Assembly (NCBI GenBank): GCA_946402735.1
Contig: CAMIXH010000002.1
Coordinates: forward strand, 310,080-374,079
DNA length: 64,000 nucleotides
DNA from: an uncultured Mycoplasmatota bacterium
Lineage (GTDB): Bacteria; Bacillota_I; Bacilli_A; RF39; UBA660
Reading direction: 5' to 3'
Under the pieces are notes generated by a model, which was given only the letters and a program-made list of their open reading frames with translations, did not search any database and was not told the DNA's origin. Below, piece after piece: positions 26,899 through 36,679 of this stretch. The number at the start of each line of letters is the position of its first letter. Within the stretch, counting starts at the first letter, position 1. The translations under genes and the position numbers were made by a program.

Positions 26899-27698
26899 AA
26901 TATGTTATATAATATTTCATATTCTTCGTTAGATAAGTTTTCCATTTTCTTATTTAACATTTCTTTTGGTACTTTATATTCATCTACCATACCTTGTACT
27001 ATTGCCTTACTTTCTTTCTTAGTAAGGGTTTTATTATGCAATTTAACAAATTCTATTAATGACTCAACTAAATTATTCTTTAATTTTCTATCTCTATTAA
27101 AGAACATCTCTCTAAACATAAATCTTTTATAACTATTCTTTAATTCTTCTCTTCTTAATTTAGTTAATCTAATCATAGATGACATTACTCTAGGTCTTGG
27201 ATCAAATGCATCAGGACCAATATCCATTATTTTTTCACATACAAAGAATGAATTAGTAAGTAACGCTAGTTTATTATGATTCTTTTCTACTACATTATCA
27301 GCAAATCTTTTTCCAACAATTAAAATTGCTTCATCAAATTCACATCTAAGTAATTTTTCAATAAATGGTTCTGTTATTGAATATGGTAATGCTGATATTA
27401 TTTTATTACATTTAGGAATATATATATCAAGTGCACTTCCATATATAACATCTACATTACTATGTCTATCTTTTAATACATTAATAAATGGTTCTAATTT
27501 CTTATCAATTTCAATACATGTAAGATGTTTACTTCTTTTAGCAATTGTATCACTAATTTCCCCTTTACCTGGTCCTATTTCGACAACCTCATCTACAAGT
27601 CTTAAATGAGAATAGTCAATTAATGCATTAATTATCTTTTTATCAATTAAGAAATGTTGATCTAAATAGTCAGTATCATTTATAAATTCTTCTTCCAT
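26892..27698 (-). CDS. KsgA/Erm-family rRNA adenine dimethyltransferase-like protein with an atypical motif IV (ALPY)
   Basis: It has DQHFLIDKKII, the SAM motif VVEIGPGKGEIS, CIEIDKKL and SALPYSITEPFIEKLL. A C-terminal RDRKLKNNL resembles the KsgA RRKTLxNxL motif. Confidence 0.65.
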   Translation of the reverse strand: MEEEFINDTDYLDQHFLIDKKIINALIDYSHLRLVDEVVEIGPGKGEISDTIAKRSKHLTCIEIDKKLEPFINVLKDRHSNVDVIYGSALDIYIPKCNKIISALPYSITEPFIEKLLRCEFDEAILIVGKRFADNVVEKNHNKLALLTNSFFVCEKIMDIGPDAFDPRPRVMSSMIRLTKLRREELKNSYKRFMFREMFFNRDRKLKNNLVESLIEFVKLHNKTLTKKESKAIVQGMVDEYKVPKEMLNKKMENLSNEEYEILYNILK

Positions 27699-27707
27699 AT
27701 TTTACCT

Positions 27708-28379
27708 CTAACTTTTAAATATATTAAATGGAAATCTATCTGGTAAATCAATCTCAAATGTTAATAATTCGTTAGTAATTGGGTGAAAAAACTCTAATTT
27801 TTTAGAAAAAAGAGCTAATTGTTCACCATTTTTAGCATTTTTATTATATTTTTGATCTCCATATAGTGGATTTCCATTATGTGACATTTGTACTCTTATT
27901 TGATGAGAACGTCCAGTTTCTAGTTTAATCTCAACAAGATTCATATTATCAATAGTCTTTATTCTTTTATAATTTAACTTAGATTCTTTACCATTCTTAT
28001 CTACTTTAACTATATTATTCTTAGTATCTTTAAGCAGATAATCTGTAAGTGACCCATGGTCATTAATTTTATTCATTACTACTGCATTATAAATCTTATT
28101 AAACTTATTTAATCTTATTTGTTCTGATAATCTTGATGCACATTTACTAGTTTTAGCAAATACCATTATTCCACCTACAGGTCTATCTAATCTATGAACT
28201 AATCCTAAATAAACATTACCTGGTTTATTATACTTTTCTTTTAAATATTCTTTTAAAATAGTAAGCATATCTTTATCTTTACTACTATCTTCTTGAGTAG
28301 GTATATTTATTGGCTTTTCTACTACTAATAAATGATTATCTTCATATATTACATTTATATTATATTTCATTTTTATCAA
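27708..28379 (-). CDS. RluA-family pseudouridine synthase (no S4 domain)
   Basis: The catalytic motif is GLVHRLDRPVGGIMVFAKT, and HQIRVQMS is conserved. Confidence 0.8.
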   Translation of the reverse strand: MIKMKYNINVIYEDNHLLVVEKPINIPTQEDSSKDKDMLTILKEYLKEKYNKPGNVYLGLVHRLDRPVGGIMVFAKTSKCASRLSEQIRLNKFNKIYNAVVMNKINDHGSLTDYLLKDTKNNIVKVDKNGKESKLNYKRIKTIDNMNLVEIKLETGRSHQIRVQMSHNGNPLYGDQKYNKNAKNGEQLALFSKKLEFFHPITNELLTFEIDLPDRFPFNIFKS

Positions 28380-28719
28380 TCTTTAATCCATGACTAACTA
28401 ATGAATCAATATCTACTTTTTTATTTTCTAAAGCATTCTTAACTAATTCCTTAGTACCATCATCCCATAATAAATATGTATCATAACTACTAATACATGG
28501 AAGTGAATAACTATATTTATTATCTTTATATATAACTTCCGGTGTACTCATACAGTCTTTTCCTTCATTATCGTACATTATTGTATATGTACTAAGAAGT
28601 AAAGGATCATATATACGAGCCCTTTTACCAGCTTTATCATAAATAATAAATACAAGGCAGAATAAAATGACTATAAGTATTAATACAAATATACTTTTAA
28701 ATATTATTCTACTTTTCAT
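28360..28719 (-). CDS. Small membrane-anchored hypothetical protein
   Basis: The start is moved to MKSRII, after GGTGGGAAG. It has one TM helix and overlaps both neighbouring genes. Confidence 0.45.
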   Translation of the reverse strand: MKSRIIFKSIFVLILIVILFCLVFIIYDKAGKRARIYDPLLLSTYTIMYDNEGKDCMSTPEVIYKDNKYSYSLPCISSYDTYLLWDDGTKELVKNALENKKVDIDSLVSHGLKIDKNEI

Positions 28720-29581
28720 TTTCTTCCCACCTTCCATAAACACCGCAAGGAAGTATCATGTCAGTATTAGTTATTTTAATTCCAATTTCATCAGTAGTAA
28801 TTTTGCCATTTAATTTACCTTCACAAGCTGTATTTAAAACATTTTTAAGTATTTCAGGTGTAATTCCTTTAGTATAAGAACTAATAAGTAAGAATAATGG
28901 TTTATCACTTAATATTTTAATACATGAATCAATCAATTTATTTAAACTATCCTCAAATCTCCATAGTTCTTTTCCTGGTCCACGACCATATGTTGGTGGA
29001 TCCATTATAATAGCATCATATTTATTACCACGTCTAAATTCTCTTTCTACAAATTTTAATACATCATCACATATATATCTAATTCTATTGTTTTCTAAGT
29101 GAGAAAGTTTAGCATTTTCTTTAGCCCATTCATTCATACCCTGAGAAGCATCAACATGAACTACTTCATAAGAACCAGCAAATGATGCAGCCATTGTTGC
29201 AGCACCAGTATATGCAAATAAATTAAGTACTTTTATAGGTCTTCCTGCATTTTGAATCTTATCAATAATAAAGTCCCAGTTAGCAGCTTGTTCTGGAAAT
29301 AAACCAGTATGTTTAAAACCAGTAGGACTAACCTTAAAAGTTAAATCTCTATAATTAACTGACCAGAAGTCAGGAAATTTTTTCTTATTTTCCCAGTGTC
29401 CTCCACCTTTATCACTTCTATAATATATAGCATGATAATTATTCCAATCGGGAGTATCCTTATGTGTCCATAATGCCCATGGATCTGGTCTTCTAAGAAT
29501 TACATTTTTCCATCTTTCTAGCTTTTCACCATTACCAGCATCAATACATTCATAGTCTTTCCAATTATTACTTACTAGCAT
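28709..29581 (-). CDS. Class I SAM-dependent methyltransferase (RlmI/YwbD-like, probable rRNA MTase)
   Basis: Motifs are VLNLFAYTGAATMAAS and IIMDPPTYGRG. The start is moved to ATG 29581, 8 nt after AGGAGG; the track start is a GTG inside the SD. Confidence 0.65.
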   Translation of the reverse strand: MLVSNNWKDYECIDAGNGEKLERWKNVILRRPDPWALWTHKDTPDWNNYHAIYYRSDKGGGHWENKKKFPDFWSVNYRDLTFKVSPTGFKHTGLFPEQAANWDFIIDKIQNAGRPIKVLNLFAYTGAATMAASFAGSYEVVHVDASQGMNEWAKENAKLSHLENNRIRYICDDVLKFVEREFRRGNKYDAIIMDPPTYGRGPGKELWRFEDSLNKLIDSCIKILSDKPLFLLISSYTKGITPEILKNVLNTACEGKLNGKITTDEIGIKITNTDMILPCGVYGRWEENEK

Positions 29582-29616
29582 TATGTACACCTCCTTTAAT
29601 CAATTTTATTATATCA

Positions 29617-29646
29617 CAAAAAAAGAATTAATAAATATTAATTCTT
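29617..29646 (-). terminator. Terminator after the TPM-domain gene
   Basis: AAGAATTAAT-aaat-ATTAATTCTT is followed by a T-run on the - strand. Confidence 0.75.
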
Positions 29647-30559
29647 ATCCATGACGACCTACACCACCATGTCCCATACCAGAAGAGCCACCTCGTGAAG
29701 AATGACCTCCTCCACCTCCTCCAGAGTCATGTTGGATTGTATAGTGTGTTGTTATACTTCCAGTTAATATATCACTTCTTGTATTATATTTAACTGAATC
29801 TTTTACTAAATAATCATTTGCTTCAGTAGCTTTCTTAATCATTTTATTTTTCTTTACTAAAACGATTAATGTTATTATTGAAACAACTGCTCCTCCACCT
29901 AAAGCAAGTCCATATGGAACAGTATATTTCTTATGAATATATCCCATATCGTCTAAATAATAATTTGGTAATGCTTTACCATCATCATAGTAATTTGTTA
30001 ATCTGTTAATAATATATTTAAAACCATTTAAATATTCATTATTTTGATAGTATGAATAAACTCCATCTGAAATATTATTTAATCTGCTATCATCAAAATA
30101 TAATTGAGCATCACCAAAAGTATAAATTCCATAATATGGTTTTTCATTTTTATTTCTATAAATTAGTACTCCACTATAATGTTCAAAATTAAGTCCAAAA
30201 TCATTATAATCATAAAAATCCACTGCATAATTTTCGTTTTCTATATCATATATATATGGTAAATCAATAGTTAATATTACTACTTCCATTTTTGTATGCT
30301 CAACAAAACTTCCAATCAAGTTTAATAATTCATTTTTCTCTTCAGCGTTTAATAATTCACCATAATCATATATTTTTTTTGTTGAATCAACATATGGAAC
30401 TCTTAATATTTTATCCATATTAGTTGTATCTATTCTTGCCTCTTTTTTATTAACGCCATAATTTGGTAAGTCAGTTCTATTACTTCCATCTGGCATTGAA
30501 GCAAATACTGGAGTTACTAATAATACAAATGATAAAACTATTGTTAAAATCTTTTTCAT
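29645..30559 (-). CDS. TPM-domain (YgcG-like) secreted or membrane protein with a Gly-rich tail
   Basis: It has a signal peptide, a TPM-like domain, a TM helix and the C-terminus DSGGGGGGHSSRGGSSGMGHGGVGRHG. Confidence 0.6.
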   Translation of the reverse strand: MKKILTIVLSFVLLVTPVFASMPDGSNRTDLPNYGVNKKEARIDTTNMDKILRVPYVDSTKKIYDYGELLNAEEKNELLNLIGSFVEHTKMEVVILTIDLPYIYDIENENYAVDFYDYNDFGLNFEHYSGVLIYRNKNEKPYYGIYTFGDAQLYFDDSRLNNISDGVYSYYQNNEYLNGFKYIINRLTNYYDDGKALPNYYLDDMGYIHKKYTVPYGLALGGGAVVSIITLIVLVKKNKMIKKATEANDYLVKDSVKYNTRSDILTGSITTHYTIQHDSGGGGGGHSSRGGSSGMGHGGVGRHG

Positions 30560-31635
30560 TAGATACCTCCAAATATATTAGCCAAATATGATATTAATAC
30601 AATTACTAATGCAATAGCAATAAATTCAATTGCAAATATAATAACGGCTTTCTTTTTATCTACAGGTATATTACCAACAAATTCTCCTGTTTGAGCATTC
30701 ATTGCAAATGTATAATATTTACCACCGAATTTAACATTTACCATCCATACAGGAAGTAATACATATTCAGTTTTTTTATCTTTATCATTATAATCACATT
30801 TAGTTTTTACTCTTGTTGAATAACCAAGCATAGATCCATTTATAACAGAGTCTTCACTACTATGAACTCTTTTAACAGCTATCTCTTTTGATTTATCACT
30901 TTCTACATCATACTTCTCAGCTAAGAATCCAGATAGATATGCATGATTATATTTAACCATTTCTGCATAATTAAATGGTTCAATTGTATTCATAATATCA
31001 TCATTAAATCTAGTAGATCCATCAACAGGAACATTTTCAAATTTCATATCAGCATTTCTAGCTACTTTATATGAATCAGTTTTAGTATATACTGTATCTC
31101 CTACTCTCCAACTAGTTACTTTTTTACAATTAGCTTCAACAACAATATTATTTTCAAAAGTAAATAACCAGAATGGAATATATACTCCACTTATTTTTTC
31201 TATATTCTTAGGATCATTAAAGAACTTAGGCATTAATGGTCTTCCTTTATATAAACTCTTAAATGCTTCAATAGCGTCATCTTTAGTTTTCTTAAAAGGT
31301 ATTATTTTTGAAGGAGCAAACTTTCCAGATAACTTACTTTTTAATATTGCAGTATTACCACAATATACACAGAATGTAGATGCTGTATTTTCATCTGCTA
31401 TAATTTTAGCTCCACAATCCTTACAATGATATTCTACATAATCAGTATCTTTATCTTCAGTTACTGCTTCATTATTTTTTTTACTACTAACATGTGTTTC
31501 ATGTTTTTCAAGAGTTTCTAAATCAAATTCACTCTTACAATATTCACATTTCCATTTTCCAATGCTAGGTTCAAATACAAGTTTTCCACCACATGCAATA
31601 CATTTACTATCAAGTGCTCTTTCTCTTTCGTTCAT
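30559..31635 (-). CDS. Double zinc-ribbon protein with a C-terminal TM anchor
   Basis: The two ribbons are CIACGG..CEYC and CKDCGA..CVYCG. It has a C-terminal TM helix, and its stop overlaps the TPM gene start by 1 nt. Confidence 0.5.
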   Translation of the reverse strand: MNERERALDSKCIACGGKLVFEPSIGKWKCEYCKSEFDLETLEKHETHVSSKKNNEAVTEDKDTDYVEYHCKDCGAKIIADENTASTFCVYCGNTAILKSKLSGKFAPSKIIPFKKTKDDAIEAFKSLYKGRPLMPKFFNDPKNIEKISGVYIPFWLFTFENNIVVEANCKKVTSWRVGDTVYTKTDSYKVARNADMKFENVPVDGSTRFNDDIMNTIEPFNYAEMVKYNHAYLSGFLAEKYDVESDKSKEIAVKRVHSSEDSVINGSMLGYSTRVKTKCDYNDKDKKTEYVLLPVWMVNVKFGGKYYTFAMNAQTGEFVGNIPVDKKKAVIIFAIEFIAIALVIVLISYLANIFGGI

Positions 31636-31675
31636 ATAATCACCTACTATTAAAAGTATATCATAATTTTATACA

Positions 31676-31705
31676 CTAAAAAAGAAGATTATTTAAAATC
31701 TTCTT
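31676..31705 (-). terminator. Terminator after 31689..33125
   Basis: AAGAAGATT-atttaa-AATCTTCTT is followed by a T-run on the - strand. Confidence 0.7.
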
Positions 31706-33125
31706 CTAATGCTTTATAAGCTTTATATCTTGATAATTTAAATGTAAATACTGAATATTGATCAATATCTTCTTTCATTATTGTTAAGTATTCTCCTAGC
31801 TCTTCTTTAACATATAAATCATCAGTTTTATTATATAATTCAACTAATACTGGTATGTTATCATATCCATAATTCTTTAGATAATCTATATCAATTTTTT
31901 CATTAACATAATATCTATTAACATTTCTTCTAGCTACTAGATAATCAATATCCATATAGTTTGTTATAACATATGCACATAGTATTATAACTATATATGA
32001 TTTAAATATTTTAATATTAGAATTAAATATATACATAACTGTTGGTATCATTAATATAGTTTCAGTCATTAAAGCAACATATACTAATAATCTTAATGTT
32101 GTATATCCATAAGCAGATTCATATAAGTTCATTCTTAAGAATGATGAAACAATAATTATAATAGTTAAGAATACCATTAATACATTCATAATATTAATAT
32201 AATTAAATTCTTTTTCATTATCTTTAGTTTCAAATTTCTTAGATACTAATATAATTGCAATATTAATAACAGAAACAATTAATAATTCAAAGAATCCACG
32301 TCTAGCATATTCAGCATAATTAATAGTAGTTGCTACACTATGTAACATTAATGATTTAATTTGAATTACATCAAATATAATATAAATTACATTTAATACA
32401 CTTACTAATAATTTAATAGTAAATACATCTCTTGTTTTAGTTTCTTTAACAATCTTTTTATCATTTTTCTTAGGATATTCATATAATATATACATCATAG
32501 ATGTTCCAATTGCAAAGAATACAATAATGAATACTATTAATCTTCCAAAGAAATCATCAAATATTACATCTTCAATGAAATCAATTATTCCACCAAAAAT
32601 CTTATCAAATAATTCTCCAAATATTAAATCAGCACTTGATAATAAAGATACAACTATTAATACTATTGGTAAAACTATTAAACAAGATAATAATATTTTT
32701 CTTGCTTTTTTAGATACTTTTATTTTCTCTCTTATTTTTGCTGTTGAAACTCTAAAGAAATTTCCTATATATGTAATTGGTACAACAAGTAATGAAATAG
32801 CTTCATCAACTAATTCACTAAGTCTATCTACAGGTTTAATAGTAAATACATATAATACTCCAAATAGAACAGTAATTGCTATACAATTAAGAGCACTAAA
32901 TGATGTATCATCAAATAACAAATATGTTAATGATAATAGAGACATTGGTATCAAATATAGTAAACCTTTTTTATTATTTATTTTCTCATTCTTTCTCAAG
33001 AATATATAAACAAATGTTAATAATGGAATCATAAATAATACTACATTCAATCCAAGATCATTTCCATAGAATAATATTACATTCCATAGTGCAAGTAAAA
33101 GTATCCATATAATATAACTACTCAT
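31689..33125 (-). CDS. Polytopic membrane protein (DUF4153/DUF4173-like)
   Basis: A 478-aa protein with about 10 hydrophobic helices. The family assignment is by general resemblance only. Confidence 0.4.
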   Translation of the reverse strand: MSSYIIWILLLALWNVILFYGNDLGLNVVLFMIPLLTFVYIFLRKNEKINNKKGLLYLIPMSLLSLTYLLFDDTSFSALNCIAITVLFGVLYVFTIKPVDRLSELVDEAISLLVVPITYIGNFFRVSTAKIREKIKVSKKARKILLSCLIVLPIVLIVVSLLSSADLIFGELFDKIFGGIIDFIEDVIFDDFFGRLIVFIIVFFAIGTSMMYILYEYPKKNDKKIVKETKTRDVFTIKLLVSVLNVIYIIFDVIQIKSLMLHSVATTINYAEYARRGFFELLIVSVINIAIILVSKKFETKDNEKEFNYINIMNVLMVFLTIIIIVSSFLRMNLYESAYGYTTLRLLVYVALMTETILMIPTVMYIFNSNIKIFKSYIVIILCAYVITNYMDIDYLVARRNVNRYYVNEKIDIDYLKNYGYDNIPVLVELYNKTDDLYVKEELGEYLTIMKEDIDQYSVFTFKLSRYKAYKALEEDFK

Positions 33126-33272
33126 AATATAACACCTTCCTTTAATATATTATATCATAATGATATCAAAAATATAAAAAAACTTGTTTTTCAAATATAT
33201 TGTTGACACTTTTAACAAATAAAAAAAGAATATGTTATAATGAATATAGATATACAATTGAAAGGAGGATTT

Positions 33273-33731
33273 ATGAAAAAGAGAATAGTTTTAAGTATTA
33301 TAATGATAGCAGCTGTATTTATGCTAGCAGGATGCTTTAAAAAGACAGTTTTAACATCTGCAGAGTTTAAAGAAAGAGCTGAAAAATTAGGTTACAATAT
33401 AGTTGATATTTCAGATCAATATGCTTCTTCTGAACAACTAAAAGAAGCAATTATTGCTGTAAAAGAAGGATATCAAACAGAATTTTATGTATTAGATACA
33501 GCTGAAAATGCACAATCTATGTTTGAAAAAAATAAAGAAAATTCTGAATCAAAAATAACTGGTACATCATCTAAATCAGAAGCTAATATGGGTAATTATA
33601 ATACATATACATTAAATAATAATGGTGAATATTATCATTTATGTAGAGTAGATAACACATTATTATTCGTACATGTTAAAGATCAATATAAAGAAGATGT
33701 AACTAAACTAATTGATGAATTAGGATACTAA
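33273..33731 (+). CDS. Lipoprotein, function unknown
   Basis: The start is moved to MKKRIVL, behind AAAGGAGG. The lipobox is MLAGC|F. Confidence 0.55.
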   Translation: MKKRIVLSIIMIAAVFMLAGCFKKTVLTSAEFKERAEKLGYNIVDISDQYASSEQLKEAIIAVKEGYQTEFYVLDTAENAQSMFEKNKENSESKITGTSSKSEANMGNYNTYTLNNNGEYYHLCRVDNTLLFVHVKDQYKEDVTKLIDELGY

Positions 33732-33811
33732 AACATATTCAAACGAATATGTTTTTTTATTCCTAAAATAATTGATATATGATATACTATCTATTGTAGA
33801 GAGGTGTTTAT

Positions 33812-35641
33812 ATGATATTGGGTATATGTGATTCTCCCGAAGTATTAAGTATCATAAATATCATTATAATAGTTATTAAAATTATTAGAATCGTAGTTCC
33901 TATTATATTAATGGTATCAATAATGATAGGTATTACAAAAGCAATAATGAAAAATGATAATGATGCTTTGGCTAAATCATTAAAAACTTCTGCTGCTAAA
34001 ATAATAGCTGCTATATTAATATTCTTAATACCAACACTTGTTAATGTTATAGCAGATATAGTTGGTACAAATGATTATAAACAATGTATAGATTTAACTA
34101 CTACAATTGATATTAGAGATGCATATGTAAGAAGAGCAGATGAATTAATAAATATTTATAGAGAATCTGAAGAAGAAAATGACTACTTGTCAGCAAAATA
34201 TTATATAAGCACTATTAGATATCCAGATATTAGACAAGAAAAATTAGATGAATTGGAACAATTACATGAAGAAATACTAGGAAAACAAAATCCTGGTGGC
34301 GAAGGAGTAATAGATGGTTCTTGTTTTGCAGAATATGAAAATGGTTCAGGTAATGCATATATCTATTTAAATTCTAGTAAGGTAACTGGTACACATTATA
34401 AAATCAAAAATGCGGGAAAAGTTGTATCTGATGGAACTGCTACGTCATATAAATCAAATAATTCATACGAATTATTACTACATCCTGGTATGGAAATAAC
34501 ACTTGATAATGGAAGAACTAAAAAAGTTGAATGCGAAGTAAAACACAAAACTCCATCAATATCTTATTATAAAGATGGTTATTACTTTAGAAAACAATCT
34601 ACACAAGATAAAACAGCCAAAGTAAATAATCCATTCCCACAAAACGGAATATCGTATTATTTATATTTACCACCTAATTTTGATCCTAATACTAAATATC
34701 CTTTAGTACTAGCACTTCATGGTGGATTTGGATGGAGTGTTCCATGTAAAGGTTCAACAACAAGCGAAGCAAATCAAACATATCACTTCTTAAAAACCGC
34801 TTTATATATTAATAAATATCCAATTAATAAAGTCGATAATGCTGATGTTAATGCAATAGTAATTGCTCCATCTAATATGACATGTAATTGGGAAGGATCA
34901 ATATATAAAGCATTAGATATATTACATGCATATATTAAAATGTTTAACGTTGATATTGATAGTGTTGTAGTAACAGGTACATCTCAAGGTGGATATGGAA
35001 CTATGTATGCTGGTTTCTTAGAAGAACATATTATTTATACACCAACCGATAGTGAAACTACACTTGATAGTGTAGCACAGATGTATAACACTACAGCAGA
35101 TGCAATTAGACAATATAATAAATCAATAAAAGTTGATATTAGTTATTCAGATAATAAAAAAACAAAATTAAGTAAAGGAAGTCATTTAATAGTTAAACCT
35201 AAGTCAGAAGAGAATATGAGAAGTTTATTCTCAGTACTAGTACCAATGAGTCCAGCTAAGAATGCAACAAGATGTGCATTTGTACCTTCAACTATATATG
35301 ATAAAGATGCTGATTGTAAAAAGACTCCACCATATACAATAAAAACTCCAATATGGGTTATTACATCAAATGATGAATATGAGAAAATTCAAATGTTTGC
35401 TAAGGAATTAACAGCATATTATGAACAAAATGGTGATATTAGATATACAGTATTATCAAATATTCAAAAATACTATAAAACATCACCTCATAATACACAA
35501 ATACCAGTATTAGGATATTCAAGTGCATTAGACTGGATGATTTCACAAAAATATGGTTCTGTTCAAACAAGAAATAATACTGACTTAGATAATATTGAAA
35601 AGCAATTAAGCAATATATTTGTTAAAGATTTTCATCCATAA
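33812..35641 (+). CDS. Membrane-anchored alpha/beta-hydrolase (esterase-like) with a LysM-like insert
   Basis: It has two or three N-terminal TM helices, ALHGGFGW, the nucleophile elbow VTGTSQGGYG, and a LysM-like stretch TLDSVAQMYNTTADAIRQYN...LSKGSHLIV. Confidence 0.5.
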   Translation: MILGICDSPEVLSIINIIIIVIKIIRIVVPIILMVSIMIGITKAIMKNDNDALAKSLKTSAAKIIAAILIFLIPTLVNVIADIVGTNDYKQCIDLTTTIDIRDAYVRRADELINIYRESEEENDYLSAKYYISTIRYPDIRQEKLDELEQLHEEILGKQNPGGEGVIDGSCFAEYENGSGNAYIYLNSSKVTGTHYKIKNAGKVVSDGTATSYKSNNSYELLLHPGMEITLDNGRTKKVECEVKHKTPSISYYKDGYYFRKQSTQDKTAKVNNPFPQNGISYYLYLPPNFDPNTKYPLVLALHGGFGWSVPCKGSTTSEANQTYHFLKTALYINKYPINKVDNADVNAIVIAPSNMTCNWEGSIYKALDILHAYIKMFNVDIDSVVVTGTSQGGYGTMYAGFLEEHIIYTPTDSETTLDSVAQMYNTTADAIRQYNKSIKVDISYSDNKKTKLSKGSHLIVKPKSEENMRSLFSVLVPMSPAKNATRCAFVPSTIYDKDADCKKTPPYTIKTPIWVITSNDEYEKIQMFAKELTAYYEQNGDIRYTVLSNIQKYYKTSPHNTQIPVLGYSSALDWMISQKYGSVQTRNNTDLDNIEKQLSNIFVKDFHP

Positions 35642-35644
35642 TAT

Positions 35645-35672
35645 AAAGATGACTATTAGTCATCTTTTTTTA
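35645..35672 (+). terminator. Terminator of the esterase gene
   Basis: AAAGATGACT-att-AGTCATCTTT is followed by a T-run. Confidence 0.8.
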
Positions 35673-35713
35673 TACTCTATTGTGATATAATTTTTATGTT
35701 GGAGATGATTTAA

Positions 35714-36670
35714 ATGAAATTATTAGTAACAGGTGGAGCAGGATTTATTGGAATAAACTTTCTCAAGTATATGTTAGATAAATATCCTGATTATGATATA
35801 GTATGTATTGATAATTTATCTGTTAAAGAAAGTGAAGATAATATAAAAGATTTAGAATCATATAAAAAATTAAAATTTATTAAAGAAGATATTACTAATA
35901 TTGAAGAAATAGATAAAATATTTAAAGAAGAAAAGTTTGATGCAGTAGTAAATTTTGCTGCTGAAATAGCAGTAGACTATTCTATTGAAAATCCAAATAT
36001 ATTTATTAAAACTAATGTACTAGGAACAGCTAATTTAATGAATGCTTGCTTAAAATATAATGTTAATAGATATCATCAAATATCAACAGATGAAGTATAT
36101 GGAGACGTGGAAATAGATTCTAAAGAAGAATATGACGAAGAAGCTAAATTAAAACCATCTAATCCATATGCAGCTAGCAAATCTGGAGCCGATTTACTTG
36201 CACTTTCATATGCAAGAACATATGGATTAAATGTTACTATTTCTAGATGTACTAATAATTATGGCCCATATCAATCATTTAGAGGATTAATACCATTAAC
36301 AATTAAAAATTGTATTCAAAATAAACCAATTAATGTATTTGGTAAAGGAGATAATGTTAGAGATTGGATATATGTAATAGATCATGTTGAAGCTATTGAT
36401 TTAATACTTCACAATGGTAAAAAAGGTCAAGTATATAATGTATCCGGAAATTCAAAAAGAGATAATATGTATGTAGTAAACACTATTATTGATAAACTTA
36501 ATAAAAGTAAAGATTTAATAACCTTTGTTAAAGATAGACCAGGTCATGATAGAATGTATTCAATTAATTCAAATAAAATAGAAAAAGAATTAAATTGGAA
36601 AAGAAAATATACATTTGAATCTGGTATAGATGAAACAATAAATTGGTATATAAAAAAACTAGTTAATTAA
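35714..36670 (+). CDS. rfbB: dTDP-glucose 4,6-dehydratase (SDR family)
   Basis: Motifs are VTGGAGFIG, the catalytic YAASKSGADLL and RPGHDRMY. Confidence 0.8.
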   Translation: MKLLVTGGAGFIGINFLKYMLDKYPDYDIVCIDNLSVKESEDNIKDLESYKKLKFIKEDITNIEEIDKIFKEEKFDAVVNFAAEIAVDYSIENPNIFIKTNVLGTANLMNACLKYNVNRYHQISTDEVYGDVEIDSKEEYDEEAKLKPSNPYAASKSGADLLALSYARTYGLNVTISRCTNNYGPYQSFRGLIPLTIKNCIQNKPINVFGKGDNVRDWIYVIDHVEAIDLILHNGKKGQVYNVSGNSKRDNMYVVNTIIDKLNKSKDLITFVKDRPGHDRMYSINSNKIEKELNWKRKYTFESGIDETINWYIKKLVN

Positions 36671-36679
36671 CTAGTTTTT
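36654..36679. terminator. Palindromic bidirectional terminator
   Basis: AAAAACTAGTTAATTAACTAGTTTTT is a perfect palindrome spanning the rfbB stop. Confidence 0.6.

Noticed and set aside
26892-27698. An inducible erm resistance gene with its own leader peptide.
   Set aside because: The gene is the distal member of a four-gene rRNA-modification operon. It starts 9 nt after the rluA-like stop, leaving no room for an erm-type leader or attenuator. Its motif IV is atypical. It is listed as KsgA/Erm-like only.
33203-33239. A TTGACA hexamer upstream of the lipoprotein gene, taken as a -35 box.
   Set aside because: Its spacing to the only good -10 (TGtTATAAT at about 33231..33239) is about 27 nt, which is too long. 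The extended -10 alone is the more likely promoter, and the TTGACA is probably coincidental.
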